Below are positions 1 to 8,782 of a stretch of DNA of 64,000 bases, one piece after another. This DNA comes from Arcobacter sp. (lineage in GTDB: Bacteria > Campylobacterota > Campylobacteria > Campylobacterales > Arcobacteraceae). The stretch is taken from NCBI RefSeq assembly GCF_048571185.1, contig NZ_CP182350.1, positions 63,480 to 127,479 of the forward strand, written 5' to 3'. Under the pieces are notes generated by a model. The model did no database searches and was not told the DNA's origin. It saw only the letters and a program-made list of their open reading frames with translations. Each line of letters begins with the position of its first letter. Position 1 is the stretch's first letter. The position numbers and the translations under genes are program-made.

Positions 1-308
1 GCATACTCAAGTCTTGGATTGTCTTTTATTCCATAATACTCTAAAAAATTTTTGCCCACAATATGTGGTGGCTTACCATAATTTCCAAAGAAACCTAAGT
101 TTACACTTGGTTCTCTGAAATATACAGGTAATAGTTGTGCGTGACAATCCGTCATATGCATAAGTCTTGCATTACCAAAAGGTTTTAGCTTATAGTAATC
201 TTCTAACTTATTAGTATTTGTCATTCTTGTATGTGAATTAGCAAAAACTGGCGCAGAACCAAGTACTGCCATCATATATACGAATTCTCTTCTACTAAGT
301 TTACTCAT
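1..308 (-). CDS. soxB: SoxB thiosulfohydrolase, N-terminal part (gene continues past the left edge)
   Basis: I hand-translated the reverse strand from the ATG at 306-308. It gives MSKLSRREFVYMMAVLGSAPVFA (Tat-like signal), then LMHMTDCHAQLLPVYFREPSVNLGFFGNYGKPPH, the N-terminal metal-site region typical of SoxB. It is absent from the ORF track because it is truncated by the window edge. It lies at the end of the sox gene string. Confidence 0.85.
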   Translation of the reverse strand, partial: MSKLSRREFVYMMAVLGSAPVFANSHTRMTNTNKLEDYYKLKPFGNARLMHMTDCHAQLLPVYFREPSVNLGFFGNYGKPPHIVGKNFLEYYGIKDNPRLEY

Positions 309-333
309 TTTAAATAACCTTTAAAATATTTAA

Positions 334-984
334 TTATTTACCCGAACCAACTACAGTAAAACCTAAAGATGTCCATGCTTGCATTCCACCTCGATAGTAC
401 TTAATTTTTTCTGCTGGGTAACCCATTTTTAATAATGCAAATTTTGCATTTTTAACCATACCAGGAGTTTGTCCACACCAATATCCATTACAATATAAAG
501 CTAAAGTTTTTGCTTCAGAAAAGTCTAACGTACCATCTTCTTTTTGAATAACACCCATCTCATCTTCCATCATTTCAATAGCTGTATCTTTTTCATTAAA
601 ATTTGTAAAAGGCACATTTATAGCACCTGGTATTCTTAATTTTGCAAACCAACCTGGCTTTCTAGAATCAATAACCGCAATCATGTCATTAGTTTGAGCT
701 TTTTTCATTAAATCAATAAATTCTAACTCACCAACAGTTTCAACACCTTCAGCTAAAATCATAGGTTGAGAAACACCTCTATTAGTTGTTACATATAAAT
801 CTGAGATTTTGTTACCTGCTGTTTGGTTTCTCATTAGAGTGAATTTTTCACCATTTAAATTCATCTTAATTGATTTTACACCTTTTGAGATTGGAACAAA
901 TTTTGTAGCCCCTTCTGCAAAACTTGAACTTACACAAACCCCTGAAATTAATGTAGCTACTGCTATTTTTTTTAACATTGTCAT
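334..984 (-). CDS. Periplasmic single-domain rhodanese-like sulfurtransferase
   Basis: Signal peptide MTMLKKIAVATLISGVCVSSSFA. Rhodanese fold with active-site loop CNGYWCGQT and C-terminal YRGGMQAW. Located between soxA and soxB. Confidence 0.75.
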   Translation of the reverse strand: MTMLKKIAVATLISGVCVSSSFAEGATKFVPISKGVKSIKMNLNGEKFTLMRNQTAGNKISDLYVTTNRGVSQPMILAEGVETVGELEFIDLMKKAQTNDMIAVIDSRKPGWFAKLRIPGAINVPFTNFNEKDTAIEMMEDEMGVIQKEDGTLDFSEAKTLALYCNGYWCGQTPGMVKNAKFALLKMGYPAEKIKYYRGGMQAWTSLGFTVVGSGK

Positions 985-1040
985 ACTATACCCCTTTTAA
1001 TTTTCTTGTCATTGTATTTATTTTTGATGAAATAATGCGT

Positions 1041-1065
1041 AAAAAAAGCCAAGGCTTACCTTGAC
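1041..1065 (-). terminator. Candidate rho-independent terminator after the lipoprotein gene
   Basis: The minus strand reads GTCAAGG-TAAG-CCTTGGC followed by a run of seven T. The stem is short (5-6 bp), so this is only a candidate. Confidence 0.45.
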
Positions 1066-1080
1066 TTTAATTTTTGTTAA

Positions 1081-1512
1081 TTAATATTTTAAACCCATAC
1101 CTGGAACAGCATCTTTCCAAGCTGATTTAGCTTCATTTGCTTGTATTAAAGCAACTACTGCAAATCTACAAGCTCTTTCTGCAGCAAAAGTAGTTTCTAA
1201 TTTAGTTTTTGAAGTTTTACCTTTAAAATCATTTGGATTAACTTCTTTAGCACCTGTTTTAATTGCTTCTTCAACTGATGCAATTAAAGCGCTATTGTTA
1301 ACACCTAGTCTTCTAAACTCTAAACCTTTTGCTTGTGCAACAGCATTATATGTAGAAGCAGTTTCAATAACACTTTTTATTCCACTTTTTTCTACACTAC
1401 AAACTGTATTTAAATCTAATTTTGTAGCACTTGCAATACTTGGTTCAGATGTACATCCACTTATAATTGCTGCTAAACCTATAGTTGCGATTATTGTTGT
1501 TAATTTTCTCAT
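1081..1512 (-). CDS. Small lipoprotein of unknown function embedded in the sox cluster
   Basis: Lipobox LAAIISGC at residues 13-20, 143 aa. No family motif recognised. 12 nt downstream of soxA. Confidence 0.6.
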   Translation of the reverse strand: MRKLTTIIATIGLAAIISGCTSEPSIASATKLDLNTVCSVEKSGIKSVIETASTYNAVAQAKGLEFRRLGVNNSALIASVEEAIKTGAKEVNPNDFKGKTSKTKLETTFAAERACRFAVVALIQANEAKSAWKDAVPGMGLKY

Positions 1513-1524
1513 AGTTATTACCCT

Positions 1525-2451
1525 CTACTTTCTAATATCTGGACCATCTATTTTCATACCATTAGACATATAGGCCATGAAGAATAGTAACTCTTTCATC
1601 TCTTGACTTGTAGTTTTTGGAGGAACTTGTCCTTCATCTTTAATACATCCAGCCATTCTTCTTTCTAAAGTTCCTAAGCCTTTCCATTTTAATCTAAAAA
1701 CTGGGAAGTGTGTTGTTTGACCAAGAAGTTGAGATAGTTTTTCATTTCTAACTCTTAAACCTGCACCATAAACATGACATTCTGCACAGTTAAGTTTTAA
1801 GTAACCTCTTTGTGTATAGTAATACTCTTTTCCTCTTTCATATGCATCAGCTGCAGCTTGTGAATCAATTTTCACATCTATAACTTTTTCTGCTTCTTGT
1901 GCTGAAAATGCCATATATCCTTGAAGTTTAGCCATATCACCTTTTTTGGTATTCCATGCTTTTTCACCATTTGATGTTAAACACTCATTAACAGCTTGTG
2001 TTAAAGTAACTACTTCATTTCTAGATTGGTCAAAATAAGGATATTTTGCAGCTGTTTCTGGTTCTCCAAAACATGTAGCAAATGATTTACCATTTGAAAA
2101 TGTAGTATTCCATAATGCTTCTCCAGCATCTATACTATCTTCATATGGTGGCATCTCTTTAATATCTTCATATTGTCCTCTACCATCAATATTATATGCA
2201 TAATTACCCTTTGCGAACTCTTCAAACTTAAGACCTTTCGCAATACTACTTTCCAGCTCTTCATCAGTTGAATATGGGAAAAAAGTACCTCTATTTTTTA
2301 AAGGGTCTTCGAATTTAGCTTCAAAATATTTTACTAATTCTACTCTATCTTTTTCAGCAGTTGCTGCATAATCTGTAGCGTTTAAAGAACTATTTAAAGC
2401 ACCAACAGTTAAAGCAAGTAAAGCTGTAGTTTTTGCAATTTTCAATAACAT
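1525..2451 (-). CDS. soxA: SoxA, c-type cytochrome subunit of the SoxXA complex (single CxxCH)
   Basis: Signal peptide, one heme motif CAECH, conserved Cys in RRMAGCIKDEG. Size and position (after soxZ) fit SoxA. Confidence 0.85.
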   Translation of the reverse strand: MLLKIAKTTALLALTVGALNSSLNATDYAATAEKDRVELVKYFEAKFEDPLKNRGTFFPYSTDEELESSIAKGLKFEEFAKGNYAYNIDGRGQYEDIKEMPPYEDSIDAGEALWNTTFSNGKSFATCFGEPETAAKYPYFDQSRNEVVTLTQAVNECLTSNGEKAWNTKKGDMAKLQGYMAFSAQEAEKVIDVKIDSQAAADAYERGKEYYYTQRGYLKLNCAECHVYGAGLRVRNEKLSQLLGQTTHFPVFRLKWKGLGTLERRMAGCIKDEGQVPPKTTSQEMKELLFFMAYMSNGMKIDGPDIRK

Positions 2452-2497
2452 TTATATCTCCTTGTCATTTTGTATAATTACTAAATTTATTAATTAA

Positions 2498-2797
2498 TTA
2501 TTTAATCTTAACTGTGTCAGATTGTGTTTTACCTTTTAAATCAACCCATGTAAAAGTTAAATCATCCCCTGATTTTCCTTTAAATTTAAATTTAACATAT
2601 GGGTTTTTAGATAAAAATTGACTAGTTGATACTTCATATACAACTTGATCATTTGATGTTACTTTAATATTAGTAATAAAGTTAACCTCTTTTTTAGCTC
2701 TTTTTGCTTCTTGATAACTTAACATTGCGTGTTTAGCCATAGCCTTAACTGTAACTATACCTTTTTTTTCTTTCGCTTTAATTCTTGTTTTAGCCAT
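2498..2797 (-). CDS. soxZ: SoxZ sulfur-compound chelating protein
   Basis: 99 aa with a typical SoxZ N-terminus (KTRIKAKEKKGIVTVKAMAKHAM). Immediately downstream of soxY. Confidence 0.85.
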   Translation of the reverse strand: MAKTRIKAKEKKGIVTVKAMAKHAMLSYQEAKRAKKEVNFITNIKVTSNDQVVYEVSTSQFLSKNPYVKFKFKGKSGDDLTFTWVDLKGKTQSDTVKIK

Positions 2798-2863
2798 TTT
2801 AATTCCTTTATATTTTCTCTATATTTTTTTTATCTTAATATTGTTTGTGTAGTTGGAATTAAA

Positions 2864-3316
2864 TCAACCACCACATCCACCAATAGTAACTTTTACTTCT
2901 TTTGAAGCAGAATATAATTTACCATCAGATTCAACTACTGCTGTAACTTTTCCAGTTTTTGCCAACTTGATTCTAAATGAATAATCAATAATTCCACCTT
3001 TTGGAACTGAGAATACTGCTACAGTAGCTTCTGGATTTGCATCTTGAAATATTGCTACTTTAGAACCAGCTAACTTAGAAGATACAGTTATAGGAATAAC
3101 TGCACCATTTTCAGCAATATCTGGTGCTTTTAATTTTACTTTTGATTCGCTTGTTGTTGCAGTGCCAAAAAGTTCTGTCATTGCTTCATCAACTTTTGTT
3201 GCAGTCCACGCTTTTGGTTTTGTTTCTCTAAAATCAATTGCACTCAATGCTGTTGGTGCTAGTGAAGCAGCTGCAACTGCACCTAAACCTAAACTTAAAA
3301 AATTTCTTCTATTCAT
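2864..3316 (-). CDS. soxY: SoxY sulfur carrier protein
   Basis: Tat signal MNRRNFLSLGLG and the diagnostic C-terminal GGCGG carrier-cysteine motif (VTIGGCGG). Confidence 0.92.
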   Translation of the reverse strand: MNRRNFLSLGLGAVAAASLAPTALSAIDFRETKPKAWTATKVDEAMTELFGTATTSESKVKLKAPDIAENGAVIPITVSSKLAGSKVAIFQDANPEATVAVFSVPKGGIIDYSFRIKLAKTGKVTAVVESDGKLYSASKEVKVTIGGCGG

Positions 3317-3337
3317 TTTATTTCCTTTTTAAAAATA

Positions 3338-3694
3338 TTACTTAACTGTTTTTAAATATGCAACTACTGCTTTTATTTGACTATCGCTTAACCATCCTGA
3401 CTTACCAAATGATGGCATTGAAGTATTTGTAATACCTCTTGCACTATAAATATCAAAAACCGTATCATAAAGTGTTTGTTCATCCCAGTATGTAAGACCT
3501 GATAGTTTTGGCCCCATGCTTCCTGGTCCATTAATTTCTTTGCCATTAACAGCATGACATGCTAAACAGTTTCCTAAATTTTTAGTGTTAAAAATCTTTT
3601 CACCTTGGGCTACTAAATCAGCGTTAGCCAATGTACTTGAAACAAGTACACCAGTAACTGCCGATGCCATTAATAAGTTTCTAATCAATTTCAT
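3338..3694 (-). CDS. soxX: SoxX monoheme cytochrome c
   Basis: 118 aa, signal peptide, single CLACH heme motif. Upstream of soxYZA. Confidence 0.8.
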   Translation of the reverse strand: MKLIRNLLMASAVTGVLVSSTLANADLVAQGEKIFNTKNLGNCLACHAVNGKEINGPGSMGPKLSGLTYWDEQTLYDTVFDIYSARGITNTSMPSFGKSGWLSDSQIKAVVAYLKTVK

Positions 3695-3705
3695 CTATTC
3701 TCCTT

Positions 3706-4887
3706 TTATTTACTTGAGTTAATCATATAATCTACAATTTGTTTAAACTCTTCATCAGATAAAACTGCACCACCTTTTGGAGGCATTGCATTTATTCCAT
3801 TGATAGCATTTTCATAAACTGTATCTATGCCTTTACTCATTACTTCTGTCCAAGCATCTTTATCTCCAAGTACTGGAGCACCAATAGCTTTATTTGAGTG
3901 ACATGCTGAACAATATGTATCATAGTTTCCTGAAACAACTGGATTTTTACCAGAACCTTCACTAACTGGTTCTTTCCAACTTCTTTCACTTGTAATTGGT
4001 TGATTAGCATTTGGTGCTAAGTCAACCTTGATTCTCATCAAAAGTTCCTTAACATCACCTTTAATACAATCTTTCATACATCTTGTACCTGTACCATAGA
4101 TTTTAGGATTAGATAAAAGTGCTGTCATGTTTTTTACACCTTGTTTAGGATCTTTAGTATTAACTTCAGGATAAAATCCGTCTACATTTGGCATAACTAT
4201 TTTGTCAAAGTTTTCTTTACTTAAAACAAACTCTTCATCTATAACTTCTCCATCTATTTCAATTTCATTCACAGAAAGTAAAAAAGCTGTAATAGCATAT
4301 ACCTCACTATTTGTTAAAGTTTTAGGTGCAGTAAATGGCATAGAATCTTGAATATACCAAAAAAGTGTACTAGCATATGGCCAATAAGAACCAACAGTTT
4401 TTAATGCAACATTTGCATTTGGTGATTTATGTGCAGGATTAAGTCTTTGAATAACTAAGTCAGCTGTTTTACCACCCGCTAGAGTAGGATAACCTTTTCC
4501 TCCGGCAGCAAACTCACCATGACACATACCACAGTTTTTATCATAAAGTTCTTCACCCCACTCTACAGAACCTTTTGCAATTTTTGGTTTTCCATCTTCC
4601 ATAATTGCTTTACCATGTTTTGTATCATATTTTGGAAGATCTTTTAAATCTGGTTTAACATCAACATTCCAAATATTAATCTCATTTTTAGTAGCTTCTC
4701 TACCATTGTTATATTTAACATTTTGTGTATTTACATGATAAGGACCATATTTACCATCTTTTGTTGGGTACTTTACAGCACCATCAACTGATACTCCATT
4801 TGCAAATAATGAAGAAACAAATACAGACATAACTCCTAGTGAAAGAAGAGTTGTCTTAAGCTTTATTGTGTTTTCTAATTTGAACAT
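3706..4887 (-). CDS. soxD: SoxD diheme cytochrome c subunit of sulfane dehydrogenase
   Basis: Signal peptide and two heme motifs (CGMCH and CSACH). Overlaps the soxC stop by 32 nt. Confidence 0.8.
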   Translation of the reverse strand: MFKLENTIKLKTTLLSLGVMSVFVSSLFANGVSVDGAVKYPTKDGKYGPYHVNTQNVKYNNGREATKNEINIWNVDVKPDLKDLPKYDTKHGKAIMEDGKPKIAKGSVEWGEELYDKNCGMCHGEFAAGGKGYPTLAGGKTADLVIQRLNPAHKSPNANVALKTVGSYWPYASTLFWYIQDSMPFTAPKTLTNSEVYAITAFLLSVNEIEIDGEVIDEEFVLSKENFDKIVMPNVDGFYPEVNTKDPKQGVKNMTALLSNPKIYGTGTRCMKDCIKGDVKELLMRIKVDLAPNANQPITSERSWKEPVSEGSGKNPVVSGNYDTYCSACHSNKAIGAPVLGDKDAWTEVMSKGIDTVYENAINGINAMPPKGGAVLSDEEFKQIVDYMINSSK

Positions 4888-6193
4888 TATTACACTCTCC
4901 TTTACTATTAATTTCCCAAGTTACAATTGCATTTCTATGATAAATTGATTCAACACCAACAGCACTTGTTTCTTGATCAATTGTTGGTTGAATATTTCCA
5001 AAATCATCTCTAGATCTACTTGCTAATAAAAGTGGCTTTCCATCCCATTTAATTACATAAGAAAATCTTGTCCAAGATTTTGGAAGAACTAAACCTTTTA
5101 AGCTAGCTTCAACCCAATTGTCACCACCATCAAGTGAAATATCAACACCAGTTATGGTTCCATGACCAGACCATGCAAGACCTTCAATTTCTACCATATC
5201 ACCTTTTTTCAAGTGAGTCCAAGGCTTTTCAGGACAAGGGCTAGTAATTACTGAGTTAACTTCATTTACCCAAAAATATCTAATAGCTTTTCCACCAGGT
5301 TGAACCATGGTATATTTAGATGTTTCTTCTTTTGAATGCCATGGAGTATCTGAGAACTCTAATCTTCTTAACCATTTAGTATTTAAGTTACCTTCCCATC
5401 CTGGAACAATTAATCTCACAGGGTAACCTTGTTCTGCTCTTAATGCTTCACCATTTTGACCCCAGACAACCATTATATCATCTAAGGCTTTTTCAACTGG
5501 AATTGATCTTGGATTTGATGCATTATCGCTCCCCTCAGCTAGCATCCATATAGCATCTTTTTCTAAGCCAATATCTTCAAGAATAGTCTTTAGCATTACT
5601 CCAGTCCATTGAGCAGCACTCATAAGGCCTTTCATAAATTGTAAAGAGTTAAATTGTGGACCTCTCCATTCAGGAGCACCATTTGCAGGACACTCAATAA
5701 AATAAGTTCTTGTTTCACTTGGATATCTCTTTAAATCATCCAAAGTTAATACAATCTCTTTTTTTACTTTACCATGAATCATCAATCTCCACTCTTTTGG
5801 ATCAACGTGAGCTGTACCACCATGATCTCTTACAAAAAATAGACCATTTGGTGTTATGATTCCCTCTGATTCATGAATAGGACACATTGAAACAGATGCG
5901 TAATAATCACCTGATGAAAACAATGAATGCGTTCTTCTTATATTATTATGTTCATACGGTGAAGGTAAACCATATAAATTTTTATCTACAGGATCACCTA
6001 ATTTCTGCCCCCATGGCGCTTCGTTCATAATTGCTGGATCATCAGCTTTAACTTTAACAGGTGCCAAAACATTTGCTGTGGCTATTGCACCAGCAGAATA
6101 GATAGCAGTTTTTTTGAAAAAACTTCTTCTACTAAGTTTCTCTTCTTGAGTAGAAGCTTCATTTTCTTTCAAACTGTTAGTCTTACTTGTCAT
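4856..6193 (-). CDS. soxC: SoxC molybdopterin subunit of sulfane dehydrogenase (sulfite-oxidase family)
   Basis: Tat signal SRRSFFKKTAIYSAGA. Sulfite-oxidase-like Moco and dimerisation regions (CPANGAPEWRG, PVRLIVPGWEGN). Confidence 0.85.
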   Translation of the reverse strand: MTSKTNSLKENEASTQEEKLSRRSFFKKTAIYSAGAIATANVLAPVKVKADDPAIMNEAPWGQKLGDPVDKNLYGLPSPYEHNNIRRTHSLFSSGDYYASVSMCPIHESEGIITPNGLFFVRDHGGTAHVDPKEWRLMIHGKVKKEIVLTLDDLKRYPSETRTYFIECPANGAPEWRGPQFNSLQFMKGLMSAAQWTGVMLKTILEDIGLEKDAIWMLAEGSDNASNPRSIPVEKALDDIMVVWGQNGEALRAEQGYPVRLIVPGWEGNLNTKWLRRLEFSDTPWHSKEETSKYTMVQPGGKAIRYFWVNEVNSVITSPCPEKPWTHLKKGDMVEIEGLAWSGHGTITGVDISLDGGDNWVEASLKGLVLPKSWTRFSYVIKWDGKPLLLASRSRDDFGNIQPTIDQETSAVGVESIYHRNAIVTWEINSKGECNNVQIRKHNKA

Positions 6194-6486
6194 TTATCCT
6201 CCTCATGATAATTGAACAAGTATAAATAAAAATTATAAAATAATTAGAGATTATTTATAAAATTACTTATACTTATAGATATTATAAACAGCCATTATAT
6301 AACTATAAATTATATAATCGTTAGGATATTATTGCCATTTTTTTGACCTAAGTCAATTATTTTTTGCTATTTCTATAAAAAAAAGTAATATGCTATGCTA
6401 ATGCTATTTAAGGGGAACAAAACGTTAATTTTTTACCTTATAAAGTTACTTTTTTTATTGATTATGTTAATATCTCTTTCAATTTT

Positions 6487-7716
6487 ATGGAGGAAAAAAT
6501 GAGAAATTTTATAAATTATGAAGATTCTTTAAACATATTAAATAGTTTTATTTTAAAAGGAAAAATAAAGGAAAAGATTTTTTTAACAGATGCAATAGGA
6601 AGAACTCTTTCAAGTGATGTAATTGCAAATGAGAATTCACCTGCTTTTATTACTTCAGGAATGGATGGTTATGCTATTAGATATGAAGACCAAAAATTAG
6701 GAAGCTTAAAAATTATAGATAAAAATCCTGCTGGTAGTGTTGTTGAATCAAAAGTTGAAAAAAGTGTTTGTATAAAAACATTTACAGGTTCATTAATGCC
6801 TGAAGGTGCAGATACGCTAATTCCTATAGAGAATGTAGAAGTTGTAGGTGAAGATATTAAAATCATCGAAGAGGTGCCACAAGGTTTTGCCCTAAGAGAT
6901 GTAGGAGAGAACTATAAAAAGAATGAAGTTCTTATAAAAAAAGGTACAACAATAGGATTTGCAGAAATAGGCGTTATGGCATCACTTAATATTGCACAAG
7001 CAACTGTTTATTCAAAAGTTGTTGTAAGTATTGCAAGTACTGGAAGTGAAATTTTAGATATCGGAGAAACTCAAACTAATAAAGCACAAATTAGAAGTTC
7101 AAATCATCTTACAGTTGAAGCTTTAGCAAAAAAAGCTGGGGCAAATACAATTCAAATGGGTGTAATCAAAGATGATATGGATTCAATTACACAAATGATG
7201 AAAACTGCACTAGAAAACTCAGATATTGTTGTTACAACAGGTGGTGTTTCTAAAGGTGATTATGATTTTGTACAGGATGTGGTAAAAAAAGAGCTGGATG
7301 CTGAAGTTTTATTTCACGGAGTTAGTATAAAACCTGGCAATCCTATATTGCTTGCAAAAAAAGAAAATAAACTTATTATTTCCCTACCAGGATTTGCCTA
7401 TAGCTCAACAGTATGTGCAATACTTTATCTTCTACCAATGATTTATAAACTTGAAGGTTCAAATAAAAAGCTTCCTATTGTAAAAGCTAGGATAAATGAA
7501 GACTTTCCAATGAGAATGCCTAAGACTGTATTTACAGCTTGCAACGTAAAATATGAAGAGGGAGAATATAAAATAGACTTTGATGGAAAAAGAAAAGGAA
7601 CAAGTGCCATATTAACAAATATGCTTGGGAGCCCTGCTCTACTTATACAAAAGAAAGATAGTAATAATATAAAAGCTGGTGAACTAGTTAATATTTTACT
7701 ACTAAGTGAATTATAA
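6487..7716 (+). CDS. moeA: MoeA molybdopterin molybdenumtransferase
   Basis: MoeA-type domains (MDGYAIR, TTGGVSKGDYDFV, ISLPGFAYSS). The true start may be the second ATG at 6499, because the GGAGG at 6490-6494 sits 4 nt upstream of it. Confidence 0.85.
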   Translation: MEEKMRNFINYEDSLNILNSFILKGKIKEKIFLTDAIGRTLSSDVIANENSPAFITSGMDGYAIRYEDQKLGSLKIIDKNPAGSVVESKVEKSVCIKTFTGSLMPEGADTLIPIENVEVVGEDIKIIEEVPQGFALRDVGENYKKNEVLIKKGTTIGFAEIGVMASLNIAQATVYSKVVVSIASTGSEILDIGETQTNKAQIRSSNHLTVEALAKKAGANTIQMGVIKDDMDSITQMMKTALENSDIVVTTGGVSKGDYDFVQDVVKKELDAEVLFHGVSIKPGNPILLAKKENKLIISLPGFAYSSTVCAILYLLPMIYKLEGSNKKLPIVKARINEDFPMRMPKTVFTACNVKYEEGEYKIDFDGKRKGTSAILTNMLGSPALLIQKKDSNNIKAGELVNILLLSEL

Positions 7717-8237
7717 TGTTTGAAGACATCATTATAATACTAATGGGAACACTATTTTTAGTAGTACTTCCTATAATGTCTACAATTAAGTACTGGAATT
7801 ATAAACCTTATATGAAATATATTCTTATTTTAATATGGGTTTCATATGGTGTGATTTTTTATGAAGTATTTTTTCCAAGAGAAAGTTACTATACGAATAA
7901 TCTAAAAAAGTTTTCAAATATAGAGTTTGATGAAAATGTAAAAATTACAAATAGTTATACTTCATTTTTAAATATTAAGGGTGAATATTTCTCTTGTGCA
8001 ACCTTTGAGGTTTCAAGAGAAAATGCAAGACTTTTAACTATGGTAAAAAAAGAAAACAACGCTGTTTTACCAAATAGTGAAACTATTTGTGGAAAATACA
8101 TAAACCAAATATTTAATAAAAATAATTTAGTTACATTTAAAACAGTTGATGAAAAGAACTATAAACAGTGGGGATTTTTAGAAAATAGTAATAAAGTTTT
8201 TATCTATCAAAAATATTTTGGTATGACAAATAAATAA
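7716..8237 (+). CDS. Hypothetical membrane-anchored protein
   Basis: Two N-terminal hydrophobic helices followed by a roughly 110 aa soluble part. The ATG overlaps the moeA stop (TAATG). No family recognised. Confidence 0.5.
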   Translation: MFEDIIIILMGTLFLVVLPIMSTIKYWNYKPYMKYILILIWVSYGVIFYEVFFPRESYYTNNLKKFSNIEFDENVKITNSYTSFLNIKGEYFSCATFEVSRENARLLTMVKKENNAVLPNSETICGKYINQIFNKNNLVTFKTVDEKNYKQWGFLENSNKVFIYQKYFGMTNK

Positions 8238-8239
8238 AT

Positions 8240-8776
8240 TTATCTCAACTCTATTAGTGCTTCAACTAAAGAAGCACTAATGATTGAACAAATAAACTTC
8301 ACAGTACCACTCCAACCTATATCTTCAATCAAATCATCTACTTTTTCATAGTTTGCTTCAATTGAAGGGGCAGAGTTTATTAAACTAAGTATAAAATTAA
8401 AAATATCATTTTCATTTATTTTACATAGTTCTAAGATATTTGTTTGAACCTCTAGACTTCCATAGCCATTATTATCTTCTTTACTAAAATTTTCAACCAA
8501 ATCACCAAATACCTGAAGTATTCTTCTCAAATCACCTTTGATAAGCTCCATTTTATAACACAAATCAACCTTTGATTGATAGGACATATCTGGTAACTGA
8601 GCTTTTTGTGATACCTGAGATAGTCTATACTCTAAGAGTTGATCTAAAATCTCTTCTATAATAGATACAGATATAACTATTGTATCTTTATCACTTTTAT
8701 TATTTACTTTTTGATTATAGATTACCATATTTTGGGAGAATCTAATATTATTGTCTAACTCTTTATCTAAAATCAT
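8240..8776 (-). CDS. Hypothetical all-helical protein (weak MltR/DUF4145-like pattern)
   Basis: 178 aa. The central segment SKVDLCYKMELIKGDLRRILQVFGDLVENF resembles the conserved helix-pair of MltR/DUF4145-type domains. The similarity is weak and by eye only. Confidence 0.45.
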   Translation of the reverse strand: MILDKELDNNIRFSQNMVIYNQKVNNKSDKDTIVISVSIIEEILDQLLEYRLSQVSQKAQLPDMSYQSKVDLCYKMELIKGDLRRILQVFGDLVENFSKEDNNGYGSLEVQTNILELCKINENDIFNFILSLINSAPSIEANYEKVDDLIEDIGWSGTVKFICSIISASLVEALIELR

Positions 8777-8782
8777 ATTTTC

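Noticed and set aside
4856-4887. The 32-nt soxC/soxD overlap, considered as a sign of a frameshift or mis-called start.
   Set aside because: The only downstream Met in soxD would remove the n-region of its signal peptide. The overlap is therefore accepted as real.
6194-6486. Possible molybdenum-cofactor riboswitch upstream of moeA.
   Set aside because: The 293-bp divergent region is almost pure A/T. It has no GC-containing helices and no conserved Moco-motif segments that I can recognise. It is more likely just the divergent soxC and moeA promoters.
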